Made by a program: the position numbers and the translations under genes. From a virus (taxonomy: Duplodnaviria > Caudoviricetes), in the IMG/VR virus record IMGVR_UViG_3300031606_000003, positions 1 through 32,971 of that record: DNA of 32,971 nucleotides; one strand, written 5' to 3'. The stretch's first letter is position 1, and every line of letters starts with the position of its first letter. Shown here piece by piece: positions 5,692-15,298 of the stretch. A model generated the notes under the pieces. That model worked only from the letters and a program-made list of their open reading frames with translations, was not told the DNA's origin and did no database searches.

Positions 5692-7931
5692 TTGACCACG
5701 AACAACGGTTACTCGACGCGGCTCTTAGTTATGCCGAGCGCGGCTTCGCGGTTCTTCCATTACATTCGATTCATCTTGGCGCGCTTTGCACTTGCGGTTC
5801 GCTAACTTGTAAGTCGGCCGGCAAGCACCCGCGAACAACGAACGGCGTTAAAGACGCATCGACTAACTCGGCGATGATTCGTTCGTGGTGGTCGAAGTAT
5901 CCGCGAGCGAACGTCGGTCTTGCACTCGGCGAAGCGTCGGGATTGTGGGCGTTAGATATTGACCCGCGTAACGGCGGCGACATATCACTCGACGACTTGC
6001 AACTGGAATACGAACTGCTACCCGAAACACTTCACGCGCTAACCGGTGGCGGTGGCGAGCATTACTTTTTCAAGTTCAACAAGGCCGACGGAATCCGTAA
6101 CGGAAAACTCGGCGAGGGTATCGACGTAAAATCTTCCGGCGGTTACGTTGTTGCCGCGCCGAGCGTTCACTTGTCCGGCAAGCGTTACGAATGGACGGAC
6201 GAAGAAGCAACACCGGTCGACGCGCCGGCGTGGGTCTTAGATAAGTTGAGCGGCGAATCGAAATCGGCGTTCGCTAAAGTTCTCGGCGTCGAGGTCGACG
6301 ATGATAGCGTTCTTCTTTCGACGACTAAGGTCGACGAGATTCGTTCGGCGTTACTGGTCATTGACTCGAACGACCGCGAGACTTGGCTCAATATGGGAAT
6401 GGCTGTTCACTCGACGCGAGCCGGACAACAAGCGTTCGAGATATGGAACGAATGGTCGGAGTCGTCGCCGAAGTACAGCTACGAAGACGCGAGCCGAGTA
6501 TGGTCGTCGTTCTCTTATGGAGCCGGCGGCGTAACACTCGCGTCGCTCTTCGGCCAAGCTCAGTCGCTCGGTTGGCGCGTACCGGAACGAACGTTAGAAC
6601 TCGACGCAATGACCGACAAGACTCCGGTCGCCGTTGACTCGGCGCGCTCGGTCTTGTCCGTCGCAGATATTGCCATGCCGATAATGCCCGACGTTCTTAA
6701 TCGACCAAGCGGAATCATCGCGGACATCGCCGACTACATAACTCGGACGGCGGTTCGACCGCAACCGTTGTTCTCTATGGTTGGCGCGTTGTCTTTGGTC
6801 GCGAATGTTATGGGTCGCAAGTACGAAACAGAATCCGGTCTTCGCTCGAACTTATATCTCGTTGCTATCGGCGCGACTGGTTGCGGAAAGAATCACGCTC
6901 GGTCGTGCATCAAAAAGATATTAGCGGCGGCAGACTTGGAAGATAATCTCGGCGGCGAAGAACTGGCGTCGGGTCAATCAATTCTCTCGCGAGCATCATC
7001 GACGCCGAACGTTCTCTTTCAACTCGACGAGTTCGGAATGTTTATGAAGTCGGTTCAATCGCCGAACTCCGGCTCGCACTTGGCGAGCATACTCTCGATT
7101 CTAATGAAGCTATTCTCGTCGGCCGGCGACATCTATGTCGGAACCGAATATGCGAATCACGACAAGCGACCGCGAGTAACAATCGAGTATCCATGTATCG
7201 GCGTTCACGCGACGTCGACCGGCGAGACTTTCTATGACGCGCTCGAATCGAAGCACGTTCTCTCCGGCTACCTTAATCGACTGCTCGTTGTCGAGACTCC
7301 TATCGACCGACCGGAACGCAACCGCAAGAAAGTTAATCGCGACATACCGCACGTTATTCTCGAATGGTGTAGCGTCGCGGCTAATCCCGCCGGCGCGGGT
7401 CGCGGCAATCTATCCGGTGTCAATCCGGCGACGCCGTTAATGGTCGTCAAGACTGCGGACGCCGCGACGATGTTCGACCAATACGACGAGCGCATCGACG
7501 TTGCGATTCGCGAGACGTCCGGCTCCGGACTCGACTCTCTTTACAATCGAGCGTGGGAACACGCCGACAAAGTTGCGCTCGTCTTGGCGGTCGCGGAGAA
7601 TCCCGTCGAGCCGGTCGTCAAGAAAGAACACGCCGAGTTCGCTATCGCGTTCGTCGACTGGTCAATCGCTTGTCTCGTTCATCAAGTCAACGCCCGCGTC
7701 GCAGATTCTCCGTTCGAGGCACGAACGAAAGAATGTCTCCGCGCCATTGCCAAGTCGGGCGAGCGTGGCATGACCGAGCGAGAAATGGGTCGGCATGGCG
7801 CGTTCGCTAAACTTACGCCCAAGGAACGGTTGGAAGCGTTGACCGCTCTCAACGACGCCGAGCAAGTCGAGCGGGTACAGATTAAAACGGCGGGTCGACC
7901 GCGCATCGCGTACATCGCGTTAGCCGAATGA
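5688..7931 (+). CDS. Bifunctional primase-polymerase with PriCT-2 and C-terminal P-loop (DUF3987-like) helicase domain
   Basis: CTCGSLTCKSAGKHP, ALDIDPRNGG, TGGGGEHYFF, GIDVKSSGGYVVAAPS; RETWLNMGMAVH..WNEWSESSPKY; GATGCGKN, QLDEFG, GYLNRLL. Confidence 0.9.
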   Translation: MIDHEQRLLDAALSYAERGFAVLPLHSIHLGALCTCGSLTCKSAGKHPRTTNGVKDASTNSAMIRSWWSKYPRANVGLALGEASGLWALDIDPRNGGDISLDDLQLEYELLPETLHALTGGGGEHYFFKFNKADGIRNGKLGEGIDVKSSGGYVVAAPSVHLSGKRYEWTDEEATPVDAPAWVLDKLSGESKSAFAKVLGVEVDDDSVLLSTTKVDEIRSALLVIDSNDRETWLNMGMAVHSTRAGQQAFEIWNEWSESSPKYSYEDASRVWSSFSYGAGGVTLASLFGQAQSLGWRVPERTLELDAMTDKTPVAVDSARSVLSVADIAMPIMPDVLNRPSGIIADIADYITRTAVRPQPLFSMVGALSLVANVMGRKYETESGLRSNLYLVAIGATGCGKNHARSCIKKILAAADLEDNLGGEELASGQSILSRASSTPNVLFQLDEFGMFMKSVQSPNSGSHLASILSILMKLFSSAGDIYVGTEYANHDKRPRVTIEYPCIGVHATSTGETFYDALESKHVLSGYLNRLLVVETPIDRPERNRKKVNRDIPHVILEWCSVAANPAGAGRGNLSGVNPATPLMVVKTADAATMFDQYDERIDVAIRETSGSGLDSLYNRAWEHADKVALVLAVAENPVEPVVKKEHAEFAIAFVDWSIACLVHQVNARVADSPFEARTKECLRAIAKSGERGMTEREMGRHGAFAKLTPKERLEALTALNDAEQVERVQIKTAGRPRIAYIALAE

Positions 7932-7944
7932 CGCAAGACGGAAG

Positions 7945-8197
7945 AAATGACAGAAGTCTGTCGAAAGTAAAACGCTATCCGATAACCGGTTGCGAAAGAA
8001 CCGGTCGACTTTCGTCAAGAATTAGACCCCACCCCTGTCGGCGTCAACAAATAGAGAGAGGTGTGTGTGTGTCTGTCTATGACATAAGTATTATATATAT
8101 ATATATATATATAGTATATTATATATATAAACATAGTTAAACGCTATAAAACAGAATCAAGAACTTTCGTCAAACTTTCGTCAAACTTTCGTCAAGC
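7945..8197. other. Putative replication origin (iterons plus AT-rich unwinding element)
   Basis: AACTTTCGTCA x3 tandem at 8162-8194, another copy at 8008-8018, inverted degenerate copies at 7948-7968, (TA)n tract at about 8089-8130; directly downstream of the primase-helicase gene. Confidence 0.7.
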
Positions 8198-8198
8198 A

Positions 8199-8594
8199 AT
8201 GTCAAAACTAATTAAGAAGTCGTACACAATACGCTTACCCTTTCCGCCGAGTCTCAATCGACTATGGCGAGCCGTCAAGAATCGCGGCATCATACTCTCA
8301 AAGGTTGGTCGTGATTATCGGCGCGACGTACACGCGGCACTTCATGCGCAGTCGTCCGACTTACCGGTCGTAACGTTGACCGGTCGGCTCGCGGTTCGCA
8401 TCGAGGGGTATGCGCCCGACCGTCGGAAGCGAGACATCGACAACTGGACGAAAGCGATTCTCGATTCGATTGAAGCGACCGGCTCAATCTTTCTCGACGA
8501 CGGGCAGTTCGACCGGTTGGAAGTTATAAGAAGAGAAGTTAATCCGCGAGACGGTTTTGTCTTGGTTACTATTGTCGCGTTGACCGACGAATAG
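8199..8594 (+). CDS. rusA: RusA family Holliday junction resolvase
   Basis: LPFPPSLNRLWR, PDRRKRDIDNWTKAILDSI, DDGQFD. Confidence 0.92.
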   Translation: MSKLIKKSYTIRLPFPPSLNRLWRAVKNRGIILSKVGRDYRRDVHAALHAQSSDLPVVTLTGRLAVRIEGYAPDRRKRDIDNWTKAILDSIEATGSIFLDDGQFDRLEVIRREVNPRDGFVLVTIVALTDE

Positions 8595-8606
8595 TATCTT
8601 CGTTGC

Positions 8607-9014
8607 ATGGTCGAACTAATCGACGTCAACGTTTTAGAAGCAGTCGCGAACACAATCGCCGACACCGGATTCGACTTCGATACATTATCGAAAGCGTTAA
8701 TGAGTTACGCCGGCATGAACATTGCCGCGTTCATACACGAGAACGACTTGCGGCTCGGAGACTTCCCGACGCCCGCCGAGTTGGTCGGCTCGATTAACTT
8801 CCGGCGACGGCGGTTCGATGTCGAACGTCGAGTAACGGTTGAGATATTCGATAGGCTTCGCGACGCTCTCATTACGTCGGACGGTAAAGATTTTGCGTTG
8901 TGGTATATGGACGACATCATCGAAGCAATGCGCGACGTTCTTATCGGCGTCGAAGAAGAGGCGCAAGAGTTGGAAGACTGGTTCTCGTTACCAACGTTCG
9001 ACGATGAACGATAG
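8607..9014 (+). CDS. Hypothetical acidic protein
   Basis: 135-aa ORF fitting between rusA and HNH. Confidence 0.7.
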   Translation: MVELIDVNVLEAVANTIADTGFDFDTLSKALMSYAGMNIAAFIHENDLRLGDFPTPAELVGSINFRRRRFDVERRVTVEIFDRLRDALITSDGKDFALWYMDDIIEAMRDVLIGVEEEAQELEDWFSLPTFDDER

Positions 9015-9447
9015 GGAACGCGAGCGGGTCGAAAAGAAATACGCTTATGACAAAGCGTGGAAGAAGAAGAACGTCGAGCGAGCGATAGAACATCGCGACA
9101 AGTATCAACGAAGCGAGAAAGGAAAGCTAACGAGAAGGAACGCGAAGCATAGACGACGAGCAATAGAGAAAGCCGGAAGCTGTACGACAACGCAACTAAA
9201 CAAACTGGTCGCGTCGAGTATGAACGAAGACGGATTGTTCTTATGCGTTTACTGCAACAACTACTCGACGCTGTATGAAGTCGAACACGTCTTACCACTT
9301 AGTCGCGGCGGGCTTCACGACATAGATAACATCGCGGTCGCTTGTCCGCCATGCAACCGACGCAAAGGTAACAAGACCGTCGAAGAGTTCAACGCATCGA
9401 CGGTCGACTCTACGCACGACCGGACGAATCCCGACGATTCTCTATAG
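9004..9447 (+). CDS. HNH endonuclease
   Basis: CVYC..EVEHVLPLSRGGLHDIDNIAVACPPCNRRKG; basic helical N-terminus; likely start ATG 9004. Confidence 0.92.
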   Translation: MNDRERERVEKKYAYDKAWKKKNVERAIEHRDKYQRSEKGKLTRRNAKHRRRAIEKAGSCTTTQLNKLVASSMNEDGLFLCVYCNNYSTLYEVEHVLPLSRGGLHDIDNIAVACPPCNRRKGNKTVEEFNASTVDSTHDRTNPDDSL

Positions 9448-9627
9448 GCTCGAAACACTTTCTTTAGTTTATTTTAGGTCTGTACTACCGCTTAACGGGT
9501 AAGAGAGCGTCATATCGAAGATACTCGACGCATAGGGCTATCTTAACGCGAAAGCGACGCTAGACTTTCCGTATCGACGCAGTCAGTTCGACGGTCGGTA
9601 AACTCAAAAAACTAAAAAACTAAAATC

Positions 9628-10839
9628 ATGTCTTACTCTTACAAAGCTTTTCTTTCTTCTGCTAACGATACTACTTCACGCGACGCAACATCATGTTGCT
9701 CGAACGCTCACTCTTCTAAAGGTGCGGCGATGAAGTGCGCTTCTAAAATGTTCGGCTCGCACAACAGCGGCGACGATATGAAAGTATTCGTTACCTACTG
9801 CGGCGGCCGTTACGTCGACGTCTACGATTCAACAATCGCGTTGACTAAAGTTGGCGACCTTTGTTCACGCTGTTCTAATCAAGGCCGCGTTGGAACTTAC
9901 ATCGAGTCGCATATCGGAGCCGGCGTTATCGAATGCAACTCTTGTCCGAACGCTCGCGACTCACGTCTCGACTTCGCTTGGAAGAACGAACGCACAATGC
10001 GCACCAAGTCGAAGCAAACTAAAATCGAAACAGCAATCGAAGAAGCGTTCCGTCCGTCGAACGAACGCGGCGACCGCCACATTCCAATCAACGGCCACGC
10101 GCACCCAATCTTTTCCGACTTGGTTAATCGTATCAAGTGTCAACTGCCTGTCATGTTGGTTGGCGAAGCGGGAACGGGTAAGACGTTCATCGCCGAGCAA
10201 GTAGCCGAGTACCTTGGTCGTCCGTTCGCAACTATCAGTTGCACCGGCGGCATGAGCGAATCACAACTAACTGGTCGTCTACTTCCACTAAAGGCCGGCG
10301 GCACGTTCGAGTATCTTCCAACCGAGTTGGTGCGCATGGTTAAAGAGGGTGGCATCTTTCTCGCCGACGAGTTCGACGCGGCCGACCCGAACGTTGCTCT
10401 TGTTCTTAATCAACTATCGGCGAACCGTCGCTTGGTACTTCCTAACAATCCGGCCGAACCTTGCATCGACGCTCACGAAGACTTTGTAATCATCTTCTCC
10501 GCTAACACGTTCGGAACTGGCTCCGACCGTATGTACGTCGGACGTAACCAAATGGACGCGGCGACACTCGACCGCGTTGTCATGGGAACGATAACAGTCA
10601 ACTACGATAACGGCCTAGAGCGTAAGTTGGTATCAAGTACACCGCTTCGTCGCGCTTACCAAGACGTGCGCAAGAAAGCGCAAGCGGCTCGCATACGTCG
10701 CACCGTCTCTATGCGCGCTATGATTAACGCGCAGACTTGTATGGACAGCATGGGTTGGAGCGTCGAAGAGTGCGTCGACCAACTATGCAAGGCGTGGACA
10801 CCGGACGAGCGCGCTAAGTGCGGGGTCGCTACCCGCTAG
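9628..10839 (+). CDS. MoxR/CbbQ/CobS-like AAA+ ATPase with Cys-rich N-terminal extension
   Basis: Walker A GEAGTGKT, Walker B FLADEFD, SANTFG, GRNQMDAATLDR, sensor SMR. Confidence 0.88.
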   Translation: MSYSYKAFLSSANDTTSRDATSCCSNAHSSKGAAMKCASKMFGSHNSGDDMKVFVTYCGGRYVDVYDSTIALTKVGDLCSRCSNQGRVGTYIESHIGAGVIECNSCPNARDSRLDFAWKNERTMRTKSKQTKIETAIEEAFRPSNERGDRHIPINGHAHPIFSDLVNRIKCQLPVMLVGEAGTGKTFIAEQVAEYLGRPFATISCTGGMSESQLTGRLLPLKAGGTFEYLPTELVRMVKEGGIFLADEFDAADPNVALVLNQLSANRRLVLPNNPAEPCIDAHEDFVIIFSANTFGTGSDRMYVGRNQMDAATLDRVVMGTITVNYDNGLERKLVSSTPLRRAYQDVRKKAQAARIRRTVSMRAMINAQTCMDSMGWSVEECVDQLCKAWTPDERAKCGVATR

Positions 10840-10852
10840 AGCCTAGCGAGTG

Positions 10853-10980
10853 GGCGTATCGGAGAAATAATAATAATCCGATATGCCCCCTTGCGACGGT
10901 AGCCGGCATCGTCATAATGCTTACCGTTAAAGAAACGACCTACCCCCTACTCTCTCTCTCTCTCCCGAACGAACTACCTA
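10853..10980 (+). promoter_or_regulatory. Promoter-leader cassette copy C
   Basis: GCGTATCGGAGAAATAATAATAATCC (cf. copy A), TTGCGA-N16-CATAAT (10891-10918), GCTTACCGTTAAAG (10919-10932), (CT)7 at 10950-10963. Confidence 0.75.
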
Positions 10981-11889
10981 ATGAAAACTACCGCAACAAA
11001 CATCACGACTTGGTCTAGCAAAGCCAAGACAACATCTACCCGCGTCGAGGGCGCGCACATGAGTCTTCAAGACTTGGCGAACATATCTTCCGCCGACGCC
11101 GCTCCAATCAATAAGGACGTCGCAAGAAACTTGCAGACCGGCTACTTGTCCGGTCAAAAGTTGGGCGGCTTTCATGGAACTATAAACAAAGTGCAAGACG
11201 CTCGCGAGTACGTTGGTGTTGGTTGGAGAAAGGGAGCGGACAAGGCTCTCGGTTTTATCTCCGACATCTACGCTACCTGTTCAATACCGGAACCGAAGAA
11301 CGTTCGCCGTCAACAAGTATGGGCGGAAGACGGCGACGACCTAGACTATGATAAGTTAATGAGCGGCGAACTGGAGACAATGTGGCGCACGACTAAGCGT
11401 AACGGTAAGGCGACCAATCCTCACGCGACGCTCGTTATAAACTGGGGCGGCAACTGTAATCTAAAAGCCGACTCTCTCTTTTGGTCGGGCGCGGTTGCGA
11501 TTATCTTGGCGGACGTCTTAGAGAACGCCGGCTACCGCATCGAACTCGTCGGTTGTATTACGAGTAAGCATGACGCCGGCTACTCGGCAACAAGCGTAAC
11601 GGTTAAAGAACTGGACGAGCCGGTACGCACCGACGTTCTCGCCGGCACGTTATGCGAAGCGGGCGTCTTTAGAAGTCTCGGCTTCATGGCCATGACCGCG
11701 TCGAATATAGAAATGGACAGCGGTCTCGGCTACAACAACGCCGGCGGGTTCAAGAGAGCCAACATCGCTAACATGGAAGAGTCTCCGTTCTCCGAAGACG
11801 TATTCGTTATCGACCAATGCTTAACACTCGACGACGCTAAGAAAGAAATCGAGCGGGTATGCAACTCGCTCGACGAGACGAACGGTTAA
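10981..11889 (+). CDS. vWA-like partner of the AAA+ ATPase (degenerate MIDAS)
   Basis: EDGDDLDYD followed by TLVINWGGNC..GAVAIILADVLENAGYRIELV..VTVK; adjacency to a MoxR-type ATPase. Confidence 0.65.
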   Translation: MKTTATNITTWSSKAKTTSTRVEGAHMSLQDLANISSADAAPINKDVARNLQTGYLSGQKLGGFHGTINKVQDAREYVGVGWRKGADKALGFISDIYATCSIPEPKNVRRQQVWAEDGDDLDYDKLMSGELETMWRTTKRNGKATNPHATLVINWGGNCNLKADSLFWSGAVAIILADVLENAGYRIELVGCITSKHDAGYSATSVTVKELDEPVRTDVLAGTLCEAGVFRSLGFMAMTASNIEMDSGLGYNNAGGFKRANIANMEESPFSEDVFVIDQCLTLDDAKKEIERVCNSLDETNG

Positions 11890-11915
11890 TAGTTTTCCCC
11901 GACGTCTCTCGAATT

Positions 11916-11950
11916 GAAAGTCATCGCGCTCGACGCGGTGGCTTTCTTTC
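11916..11950 (+). terminator. Intrinsic terminator
   Basis: GAAAGTCATCGCG-loop-CGCGGTGGCTTTC then TTTC. Confidence 0.7.
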
Positions 11951-12003
11951 GTTATCTTGTTGACTATGGACAAGACTCCCGCATCATCGCTCGACGCTAA
12001 CTA

Positions 12004-12663
12004 ATGGGTCGCGCTTCTTTCTTTCACTTTGTACTCGAAGAAGAAACATCGACGTCTCTTAATCTATTAGACTTCGAGAAACACTTGACCGACTTAGAGC
12101 GCAAGGTCTTTCCGACTGCGGTAAGCAGAACGGTCAACGACATCGGAGCGAAAGCAAAGACCGCCGCGTTGAAAGAACTGGCGAAAGGAATGGGCGTCAA
12201 GAAGAAAGCGTTGAAGCCGCGTTACTTTAAGTTAGACCCGTCGACTATAAGTATGCACCCGAACCAAGCTTACTCGTGGTCGGGTCGGTCGAAGCCGCTA
12301 CCGCTCGCGGTGTTCGGCGGTAAAGGATTAAAGCATAAGTCGAAGAAGGGAAGTATGGGCTACTCGGCGGCGGTGCTTGGTAAGCGTCGTCAATACAAGT
12401 TCTTCCAAGCCACAATGAAGTCGGGTTATGTCGGCGCGTTCTATCGCAAGTCGAACTCGACGCATGGTCGGTCGAACACCGGCAATCTCGGAGAGTATCC
12501 GATTAAGCAAGCGTACGGCGTATCAATCCCGACGGGCATGGTGCAACGGGCGGTCGAGCGCGCATGGAATAGAATGACGTCGACCGCCAAGTTCCATATC
12601 AAATTAAAAAAGAATATCGACTTTTATTCGAGCCGATATTTAGAGAGACGAGCGAATCGTTGA
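12004..12663 (+). CDS. Lambda gpZ-like tail completion protein
   Basis: Very basic; AVSRTVNDIGAKAKT..ELAK.MGVKKKALK; FQATMKSGYVGAFYR..YPIKQAYGVSIP. Confidence 0.72.
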   Translation: MGRASFFHFVLEEETSTSLNLLDFEKHLTDLERKVFPTAVSRTVNDIGAKAKTAALKELAKGMGVKKKALKPRYFKLDPSTISMHPNQAYSWSGRSKPLPLAVFGGKGLKHKSKKGSMGYSAAVLGKRRQYKFFQATMKSGYVGAFYRKSNSTHGRSNTGNLGEYPIKQAYGVSIPTGMVQRAVERAWNRMTSTAKFHIKLKKNIDFYSSRYLERRANR

Positions 12664-12692
12664 GCGGCCGGCCGGCTCGACGGCCAAAGCCA

Positions 12693-12740
12693 AGGTACTA
12701 TCCGGCCGACGTCAGAAATGCGGGTCGTAGAAGCACGAAA
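12693..12740 (+). other. Putative lambda-like cos site (cosQ-cosN)
   Basis: AGGTACT-ATCCGG resembles lambda cosQ GGGTCCT-TTCCGG, with GCGGGTCGTAGAAGCACG at similar spacing; about 180 bp upstream of terS; GpA-type terminase. Confidence 0.55.
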
Positions 12741-12779
12741 AACGACTCTCTTTATTGCTTTTTTGAGGGTTGACGTCGA

Positions 12780-12849
12780 GCGCGCTAAGGCGTTCTCTCG
12801 CTCCGCGTATGGATTGTCGTCCTATATAGAGAACGTCGCTTAGGCGCGC
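12780..12849. repeat. Imperfect inverted repeat at cosB-like position
   Basis: GCGCGCTAAGGCGTTCTCT ... AGAGAACGTCGCTTAGGCGCGC. Confidence 0.6.
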
Positions 12850-12910
12850 CCGCTATCGTTGTCCGTCGGCGTACACCGTTGACGCTCGGCTAACGCTATA
12901 ATATATAGAC

Positions 12911-13408
12911 ATGAGCGAATCAGTATCACAGGCGGAGTATGGTCGGCGCAACGGTTGGTCGCGAGCCTACGTTAATAAGCTAGTCAAGACCGGCAAACTA
13001 ACGCTCGTCGATAAGAGGGTCGACGTCGAATTAGCCGACGCGGAACTGGCAAAGAACATCGATTCGACGCGGTCAAATAACGGACTCGCCGTTCGCGAAT
13101 CAGCGGCGGCCGTCGGGTCGGAAGCCGGACTCGCTCTCATGGAAGCGAAGCGGCTCCACGAAGAATACAAAGCGCGGCTCGCTCGACTGCGATACGAAGA
13201 AGCGCGTGGCTTGCTCGTTGAGAAAAGCGAAGTCGACCGCGAAGCTTACGCAATCGGACGAGTCGTTCGCGACGCGATGTTGGCAATCCCGTCGAGACTG
13301 CGCGACATACTTGCGGCGGAAGATAACGCGAAAGAAATACACCGGATTCTCGAACGCGACATCGGCCACGCGCTCGACGAGTTGACGAAGACGGAGCGGG
13401 GCGAATGA
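12911..13408 (+). CDS. terS: Terminase small subunit (Nu1-like)
   Basis: N-terminal wHTH SQAEYGRRNGWSRAYVNKLVKTG, coiled coil, GLLVEKSEV..LAIPSRL; ATGA overlap with terL. Confidence 0.88.
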   Translation: MSESVSQAEYGRRNGWSRAYVNKLVKTGKLTLVDKRVDVELADAELAKNIDSTRSNNGLAVRESAAAVGSEAGLALMEAKRLHEEYKARLARLRYEEARGLLVEKSEVDREAYAIGRVVRDAMLAIPSRLRDILAAEDNAKEIHRILERDIGHALDELTKTERGE

Positions 13409-15264
13409 CGTTCGGCGACGCATTGCTTCGCGGCGTAAAGCCCGACCCGAAATTAACGTTGTCGGAATGGGCGGACGAATACTTTTACTTGTCGCCGGAG
13501 TCGAGCGCGACAGCGGGTAAGTGGTATTCGTTACCGTATCAAAAAGGAATACTTGACTCCATGACGGACGGCGATGTCGAATACATTACCGTAATGAAAT
13601 CGGCTCGCGTCGGATATACGAAATGCCTAAACATAATCGTCGCCGCTTGCATGGCCGAGACGCCGTCGAACGTTATGGTCGTGCAACCAACAATCGCAGA
13701 CGCCGAGGGATATTCGACTTCCGAAATTACTCCGATGTTGCGCGACGTTCCATGTTTGCAAGGTCTAGTCGCCGACTCGCGTAATCGCGACAACTCGAAT
13801 ACGATGTTGCGGAAAAACTTTACCGGCGGTCAGTTGCTACTGGTCGGCGCGAACTCCGCGACCGGCTTCCGTCGAGTCTCGGTTAAGGTTTTACTGTTCG
13901 ATGAAGTCGACGGTTATCCGACATCGGCCGGCGCAGAGGGCGACCAAATCAAACTCGGAATCCGACGCACCGAATACTTCCACGACCGCAAGATTGTAAT
14001 GGGTTCGACGCCGACGCTAAAAGGATACTCGCGCATCGAGAGTTCTTTCGAGCGAAGCGATAAGCGACGCTACTTCGTACCTTGTCCGTTCTGCGACGAG
14101 TATCAATATCTAAAGTGGTCAAATATAGAATGGCCAAAAGGCGAACCAAAGAAAGCGCGTTACCGTTGCGAGAATAAAGAATGCGACGAACTTATACCGC
14201 ACTCTAAAAAAAGAACAATGGTCGAGCGCGGAGAATGGAGAGCGACCGCGCCGTTCGACGGTCATGCCGGCTTTCATATATGGGCGGCGTATTCGTTTTC
14301 GCCAAATGCAACTTGGGGGCATCTCGCCGTCGAGTTTCTCGAAGCGAAAGAGGGCGGCATCGAGACAATGCAAACGTGGGTCAATACTGCGCTCGGCGAA
14401 ACGTGGGAAGACGACGCGACCGAGGGCGTCGACTCGCACCAACTGGCGGAGCGTCGCGAGTCATACGACGCGAACGAAGTTCTACCCGACGGCGTGATTT
14501 TAATTACTGCCGGCGTCGACGTTCAAGACGACCGACTCGAATTAGAAATACTTGGCGTCGGGCGTGGCGAGGAAACTTGGTCGATAGATTATCTAACGAT
14601 TGTCGGCGACGGCGGAGCCGATACAACGTGGAAGAAATTAGACGAGGTCTTGCGCCGAACTTATTTTACGTCGGGCGGTGTCGAGTTAGGAATCGCCGCG
14701 GCTTGCATCGACTCCGGCGGACATCATACGCAATCAGTTTATGACTTCGTCCGAGGAAAAGGGTCGCGCCGAATCTATGCGATAAAAGGAATGGCGTCGG
14801 TCGGTAAGCCCATGGTCGGTCGACCGAGTAGAACGAACAAAGGAAAGATACCGTTAATCCCGCTAAACACTATTGCGGCGAAAGACTTGTTGTACGCTCG
14901 ACTAAAGTTAGGCGACGCCGGTTCCGGCTACTGCCATTTTCCAATGAGTTACGACGACGAATACTTCGCAATGCTTACCGCCGAAAAGGTTGCGACGCGA
15001 TACGTTAAAGGCGTACCGAAGCGCGAGTACATTCAGACGCGCAAACGTAACGAAGCTCTCGACTGTCGCGTTTACGCAATGGCCGCACTACGTCTTCTTA
15101 ACGCGAGACTAGACCGCGTCGCAATCAGCGTCGCCAATAAGTCGGGCGGCAAAGCAACGGCGACCAAGAAAAAGAAGAGCAAGAAGACGGGGAAGAAGCC
15201 AACCCGCTCGCCGCAATCGCGTCGACCAAAGGCGGGCGGATTTATTGATTCGTGGAAGACTTGA
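13405..15264 (+). CDS. terL: Terminase large subunit, lambda GpA family
   Basis: MKSARVGYT, LLFDEVDGY, GSTPT, CPFC..C zinc site, GVDVQ, IDSGG, RNEALDCRVYA. Confidence 0.96.
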   Translation: MTFGDALLRGVKPDPKLTLSEWADEYFYLSPESSATAGKWYSLPYQKGILDSMTDGDVEYITVMKSARVGYTKCLNIIVAACMAETPSNVMVVQPTIADAEGYSTSEITPMLRDVPCLQGLVADSRNRDNSNTMLRKNFTGGQLLLVGANSATGFRRVSVKVLLFDEVDGYPTSAGAEGDQIKLGIRRTEYFHDRKIVMGSTPTLKGYSRIESSFERSDKRRYFVPCPFCDEYQYLKWSNIEWPKGEPKKARYRCENKECDELIPHSKKRTMVERGEWRATAPFDGHAGFHIWAAYSFSPNATWGHLAVEFLEAKEGGIETMQTWVNTALGETWEDDATEGVDSHQLAERRESYDANEVLPDGVILITAGVDVQDDRLELEILGVGRGEETWSIDYLTIVGDGGADTTWKKLDEVLRRTYFTSGGVELGIAAACIDSGGHHTQSVYDFVRGKGSRRIYAIKGMASVGKPMVGRPSRTNKGKIPLIPLNTIAAKDLLYARLKLGDAGSGYCHFPMSYDDEYFAMLTAEKVATRYVKGVPKREYIQTRKRNEALDCRVYAMAALRLLNARLDRVAISVANKSGGKATATKKKKSKKTGKKPTRSPQSRRPKAGGFIDSWKT

Positions 15265-15290
15265 CATTATGGTCGCGAACTTGTTATCTT
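15261..15290 (+). promoter_or_regulatory. Sigma70-type promoter for the head operon, near-leaderless
   Basis: TTGACA-N18-TATCTT with TGn extension; ATG 8 nt after the -10 box. Confidence 0.55.
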
Positions 15291-15298
15291 GCTAAGGA

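Noticed and set aside
7928-8140. 70-aa ORF after the primase
   Set aside because: Runs through GT/TA microsatellites of the putative origin (VCVSV, IYIYIY); probably non-coding.
9004-9447. HNH as terminase cofactor or intron-encoded homing nuclease
   Set aside because: Far from cos, GpA-type terminases need no HNH partner, and no gene is interrupted.
12879-12907. Canonical promoter before terS
   Set aside because: TTGACG to TATAAT spacing is only 12 nt; a -10-only or activated promoter is possible but unsupported.
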